From an uncultured archaeon (lineage in GTDB: Archaea; Asgardarchaeota; Lokiarchaeia; Sigyniarchaeales; SOKP01), in the NCBI GenBank assembly GCA_964525635.1, contig CAZGJX010000118.1, forward strand, positions 1 through 11,737: a stretch of DNA of 11,737 bases. The letters are read 5' to 3'. Positions 8,501 through 11,737 of the stretch are shown one piece after another (within the stretch, counting starts at the first letter, position 1; each line of letters starts with the position of its first letter). The position numbers and the translations under genes were made by a program. The notes below the pieces were generated by a model, which saw only the letters and a program-made list of their open reading frames with translations, was not told the DNA's origin and did no database searches.

Positions 8501-11070
8501 TAGAAATCTCTAAAGAATTTATAATAGATGATGATTATTTTGAAGATAATGATTCTCCAGAAACTGGTAGAGAATTAACTTCTGGATATTATTCTAACTT
8601 AATTGCTTTAGATGATGATTATTATAATTTTTCTATCAATGAAGATGAATATCTTGAGATTAGTCTTTATTTTAGATATGATGGAATAACCAGTATTAAT
8701 CTTTTTCTTTACAATTCTAATATGGAATTACTTAAAAGTGGTTATCATAGTTATAATAATAAGAGTTTGACTTATTATAGTGAAATTGAGCAAAATTTAA
8801 TCATTTATGTTGAATCTGGTTTAAGTGTTGGAAATTATTGTTTAAGAATTAATATTTTAGAAGATGATATATATGAAAATAATGATTTTCTTGATAATCC
8901 AACAAATCTTACTCCTGGGAATTATACAAATTTAGTCCAATTAGATGATGATTATTACAATATTTCAGTTCAAGAAGGAATGAAGTATATCATTTATGTT
9001 ACACCTAATGATATTTATGTTTCTAAATCCTATACGATGACAATATATGATTCACATTTAACATATATTACTTCTGGTAAAACTATGGGTAGATCTCGTT
9101 TTTATGCATTTACTTCTGATTGTAATGACTCCATCATTGTAAGGATATTTAATCATAATTTAGATTATAGAGTGGGAAGTTATAGCTTAAACATGTCGCT
9201 ATCTTTAGCTCTTGATGATATTTATGAGATAAATGAATTTAATGAAGAAAATGATTTTCCTGAAACACCAACACAGATTAATCCAGGAGACTATCAGAAT
9301 CTTATATCTCTTGATAATGATTATTATAACCTTTCAGTTGAGGCAGATAGTGTTCTTAGAGTTAAAGTGAAATTTGAGAATAGTTATTGCAGTGAAAGAT
9401 ATCTAAAATTAGCAGATACTAATTTAAAAACTTTAAATACTTCACGTTATAAAGATGGAATTTATTATTTCAGTTATCTTTTTAAAGAAGCTCAAGATGT
9501 ATTAATTGTATTAACTATTTATCATGGTTTTACAGACTATTCTATGAATGTTTCGATTCATCCATCAGAAGATGATATATATGAGCAAAATGATACTCCA
9601 GAAAATGCTGCAGTGCTGATTCCAGGATATTATAGTAATCTAAAATATTATGATAATGATTATTATAATCTTACCTTACATGAGTATGAAATATTAGATA
9701 TAAAAATAGATAGTCAATATTCACGCTATTTTTCTTTCACTCTTTATGATTCTAATATGGAAATATTGGATAAAATTGATTTTCATTATTATTATTACTA
9801 TATTAATAGATTTTCTTTAAGATATTTTTCAGAAATTAATCAATCAGTTACCTTACATGTTTATTGTACATTTGACTCGGGTTCTTATACTTTAAATATA
9901 TCAACAACCTTTATTGGTTTAGATGATATTTTTGAGGAAAATGATAATCCTGGAAATGCTGCAATTATTAATTCTCATAAATATAATTTAATTTCCTTAG
10001 ATGATGATTATTATAATTTATCTGTGCAAAAAGGAGATTTTATAGAAATTAACTTGAATTTTAATATCAATAATCTCAATTTTGATCTGTTTATATTCAA
10101 TTCTTCTATGACTTTACTTTATAGTTCAGATTCACGCTATGAATTTGAAAACATACAATTCTACTCTGAAAAGAATGAAAATCTTATTATACTTATCCAT
10201 TCTATTTTTGGGTGTGATTTTTATACGTTGGATATTTCAATAGTTCATTTTGAAGAAGATATCTATGAGGAAAATGACACTCCCGAATCGGCTGCCACTA
10301 TAAGTGAAGGCGTTCATCTAGATCTGATGTGTGGTGATAATGATTTTTATAGATTTACAAGTCCTGCTGGCTATAACCTTTCTATTTGGTTATCATCTTC
10401 TCAAGCAAATGTTGATCTTGACTTAAAAATTTTTGATTCTGATATGTTTTTATTAGATTCCTCTATATCTTGCACCTCTGATGAATATATCCAATTTTTA
10501 TTATGGAAAGATATGGAGATTTTCATATTAGTTGATTCTTTCTCTGGTTTTGGAAGTTATAATTTAACTATAAATCTTGTTTTGATAGCTGATGATTCTT
10601 ATGAGGATAATGACTCTCCTGAAACAGCAACCTTAATTTCAGAAAATAATTATATTGGATTATTATGTTTAGATATGGATTATTATACACTATATCTTGA
10701 AGAAGCTGAACAATTTGAAATAGATATTGAGTATGATCTTTCCTATTTTGATCTATATTGCGTTATATATGATTCTGAGATGAATATTTTAAACTCATCT
10801 GAATTTTTACCCTATAGTTATCATTTGAGCATTACATTAACTCATAATCAATCGATTTTTATTGAAATTGGCTCCAAAAATGGAATAGGGCAATATAATT
10901 TTACTATTACTCTTAAAACTTCTATACCAGATCAACCAATCATCCCTAAAGATGAATTTAATATCTTAATTCTACTAACTTCTTTAGGATTTACTAGCTT
11001 ATCTATTTTAATTATGGTTATTGCTATTAAGATATATATAAGAAGAAGAGGATCGAATTTAGTTAATTAG
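5581..11070 (+). CDS. Secreted, membrane-anchored clostripain-family (peptidase C11) cysteine protease with 12 tandem PPC-like repeats
   Basis: N-terminal signal or anchor helix (start probably ATG 5590). C11 motifs: WTIMVYLAADNNL, ELNMGDPDTLENFINW, YALILWDHG (His159), GFDCCIMG (Cys205), VGSE…GWAY. Twelve repeats follow, then a Pro-containing linker, a TM helix and an RRR cytoplasmic tail. Confidence 0.93.
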   Translation: MLKMSRIKQIGILLMVIIIGSTSNIYNQFKVYQYKEDSIIPKTSTGFNNWTIMVYLAADNNLESAGLDDLNEMESIQLEEGIEIVVLFDRAVGYTSADGDWTTTRRYNITYDEDNDYINSDYEDLGELNMGDPDTLENFINWSQSNHPADKYALILWDHGLGVGSGSYFGGACIDRYSENDYLDIFEIDQAIAGKGIDLLGFDCCIMGMMEIASQYQTDVDVFVGSECSEPLDGWAYDLIIIELNKNPNCTSAELGEIICATYEESYRYDYTWEDLPMVSLDLTKFAELETILNDFLSYIDQDYNKSIANIIQKAIEDSQFVEYDENYIDFGDLFSHLKSLFRYIYPNLYQFTSNILEIYEEIVMSLYIARHRKKTLTGASIQILPDEENFRYQNLDFCINTSWHNFISKQKTIADELIDDNYEPNDNFDDRQKLSFSESLNLIWSDQDWFEIYVIQNVSFSLILNETSFQPNEVDIIIYDRSLNLVDKAPFNLSLELEQSGYYTICINSSLKFVEVPYTLTLTTNIIDDNYENNNDFADATLITSGSYLDLVSLDDDYYQIHVPESNVLNISIYIPDEDISLYIFLYDSSQNLLDDWRTWYDGFFRMRYFMNNEEDLYIRIRPYYGFGFYSFNISVDFVQDDIFENNDNIENASPIEMGYYSDLTIYDIDYYSITVNEGENLEIDLYYSFYTMDLYILDNESNKFESERITSCFNSKYVYRNTLSFYSYITQNITIVIYSSGYGSFGKYSLKISTTYQKDDIYEENDFLDAATFIQPDFYSNLKQIDDDFYKFNIHQGEYFEIMISSDDTRYFKLKIYDLNMDEIIDYSYYTEGDRCYYYSNIDQPIIIEIRPYNEHIVVYYTLNITLVQVEDDDYEQNDVFEYASPITIGIHPDLIYNDHDYYNISVLEGESIEISLESNLYLYLFLFNSNDQYITSGQGRDIVLKYFSHSNQSLIIYIRKSNGGEYGNYSLEISKEFIIDDDYFEDNDSPETGRELTSGYYSNLIALDDDYYNFSINEDEYLEISLYFRYDGITSINLFLYNSNMELLKSGYHSYNNKSLTYYSEIEQNLIIYVESGLSVGNYCLRINILEDDIYENNDFLDNPTNLTPGNYTNLVQLDDDYYNISVQEGMKYIIYVTPNDIYVSKSYTMTIYDSHLTYITSGKTMGRSRFYAFTSDCNDSIIVRIFNHNLDYRVGSYSLNMSLSLALDDIYEINEFNEENDFPETPTQINPGDYQNLISLDNDYYNLSVEADSVLRVKVKFENSYCSERYLKLADTNLKTLNTSRYKDGIYYFSYLFKEAQDVLIVLTIYHGFTDYSMNVSIHPSEDDIYEQNDTPENAAVLIPGYYSNLKYYDNDYYNLTLHEYEILDIKIDSQYSRYFSFTLYDSNMEILDKIDFHYYYYYINRFSLRYFSEINQSVTLHVYCTFDSGSYTLNISTTFIGLDDIFEENDNPGNAAIINSHKYNLISLDDDYYNLSVQKGDFIEINLNFNINNLNFDLFIFNSSMTLLYSSDSRYEFENIQFYSEKNENLIILIHSIFGCDFYTLDISIVHFEEDIYEENDTPESAATISEGVHLDLMCGDNDFYRFTSPAGYNLSIWLSSSQANVDLDLKIFDSDMFLLDSSISCTSDEYIQFLLWKDMEIFILVDSFSGFGSYNLTINLVLIADDSYEDNDSPETATLISENNYIGLLCLDMDYYTLYLEEAEQFEIDIEYDLSYFDLYCVIYDSEMNILNSSEFLPYSYHLSITLTHNQSIFIEIGSKNGIGQYNFTITLKTSIPDQPIIPKDEFNILILLTSLGFTSLSILIMVIAIKIYIRRRGSNLVN
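6838..10920 (+). repeat. 12 diverged protein-domain repeats (109-119 aa), consensus DDxYExND…A..I..G.Y..L…D.DYY…Y.L.I
   Basis: Repeat starts at 6838, 7165, 7504, 7861, 8200, 8530, 8863, 9214, 9571, 9922, 10255 and 10591. They resemble pre-peptidase C-terminal (PPC)/collagen-binding beta-sandwich modules with an acidic ExND Ca-binding-type motif. Confidence 0.88.
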
Positions 11071-11257
11071 ATTATTAAATCTTAAATAAAAAATAAAGCT
11101 CTAATCTACTTATTTTTGTTTATGAAAAGTAGTGATAATTTATACCCAACTAAAAAAAAAAATAAAATAATTAATGGGAAAGATTATCCCTTAACGCTTT
11201 TTAATATAAATTTATTTCATTTAATTAAAATAATTAAAAAAAATTAAGGTGGAAAAA

Positions 11258-11578
11258 TTGAAAAAAACTAGAATGTTCTTGATAAGTTCTCTTCTAATCT
11301 TAGGTTTATTCTCGATGATAGCTTTTATAAGTTTTTCAAATGCTTATCCTGGTGATCAAACCAGAGTTCAAGACCAAATTGAAGACCAAGACTGCGAACC
11401 TGATCAAACTCAGGATCAAACCCAAGATCAAGATTGTGATCAAGACTGTGATTGTGAACCCGATCAAACTCAAGACCAAATCCAAGATCAAGATTGTGAT
11501 CAAGACTGTGATTGTGAACCCGATCAAACTCAGGATCAAATCCAAGATCAAGACAGAGATCAAGATTGTGTCCAATAA
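11258..11578 (+). CDS. Small secreted Gln/Asp/Cys-rich tandem-repeat protein
   Basis: SD-like AGGTGG at 11247-11252 favours TTG 11258 as the start rather than the track's GTG 11249. MKKTRMFLISSLLILGLFSMIAFISFSNA is a signal peptide (SNA/Y). The mature part consists of DQTQDQIQDQDCDQDCDCEP repeats, and differences between copies are mostly synonymous in this frame. Confidence 0.8.
   Translation: MKKTRMFLISSLLILGLFSMIAFISFSNAYPGDQTRVQDQIEDQDCEPDQTQDQTQDQDCDQDCDCEPDQTQDQIQDQDCDQDCDCEPDQTQDQIQDQDRDQDCVQ
11354..11575 (+). repeat. 60-bp tandem repeat (one degenerate 48-nt unit, two full units, one 54-nt unit)
   Basis: Units are 11354-11401, 11402-11461, 11462-11521 and 11522-11575, with an internal GATCAA/CAAGAT hexamer substructure. 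Confidence 0.95.
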
Positions 11579-11617
11579 GACATTGATAATCTAATTATTA
11601 TTGAAGAGTAAACAAAA

Positions 11618-11629
11618 TTTTTTTTTCTT
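11618..11629 (+). terminator. Oligo-T tract, probable terminator
   Basis: T9 run at 11618-11626, about 40 nt after the stop at 11578. Confidence 0.4.
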
Positions 11630-11737
11630 ATTATAATTTTAAATTTAAACCTATCAATTGGGATTTATTTTACCAAACTGATGAGGGTAAGTCATAGTTT
11701 CCAAAAATGATGATAAATCTGGACAGTATTTAAACGG

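Noticed and set aside
11336-11575. 79-aa hydrophobic minus-strand ORF
   Set aside because: Antisense read-out of the GATCAA repeats; the + frame has the SD, the signal peptide and mostly synonymous repeat variation.
11354-11575. Possible CRISPR array
   Set aside because: The repeats are contiguous with no unique spacers, are in-frame coding, and no cas genes are present.
11340-11594. 84-aa + strand alternative-frame ORF
   Set aside because: An alternate frame kept open by the stop-free tandem repeat.
1-11737. Genome-wide TAG reassignment
   Set aside because: The long ORFs contain no internal TAG, and TAG ends three genes at natural C-termini (2655, 5153, 11070), two of them followed by T-tracts.

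Overview
Very AT-rich window of an accessory, cell-envelope-oriented region. An archaeal source, possibly Asgard/Lokiarchaeia-like, is inferred from the BRE-TATA promoters, oligo-T terminators, a stand-alone 7TM protein and a membrane-anchored clostripain; this is not proven. Contents in order: the probable 3' end of a + gene; a Cys-rich zinc-finger/2-TM gene split by a single in-frame TAG; a possible 31-aa small ORF; a MarR regulator divergent from an internally duplicated 8-TM membrane protein, with two palindromic operators between them; a stand-alone HisKA_7TM-like protein; a GC-rich, multi-helix intergenic island (candidate structured ncRNA, ~3803-3943); a 5'-truncated radical SAM gene much longer than the ORF track shows (open frame 4347-5153); a ~1830-aa secreted, C-terminally anchored clostripain (C11) peptidase with 12 tandem ~115-aa PPC-like repeats; and a small secreted Gln/Asp/Cys tandem-repeat protein. 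No rRNA, bona fide tRNA, CRISPR array or intact mobile element is recognisable.
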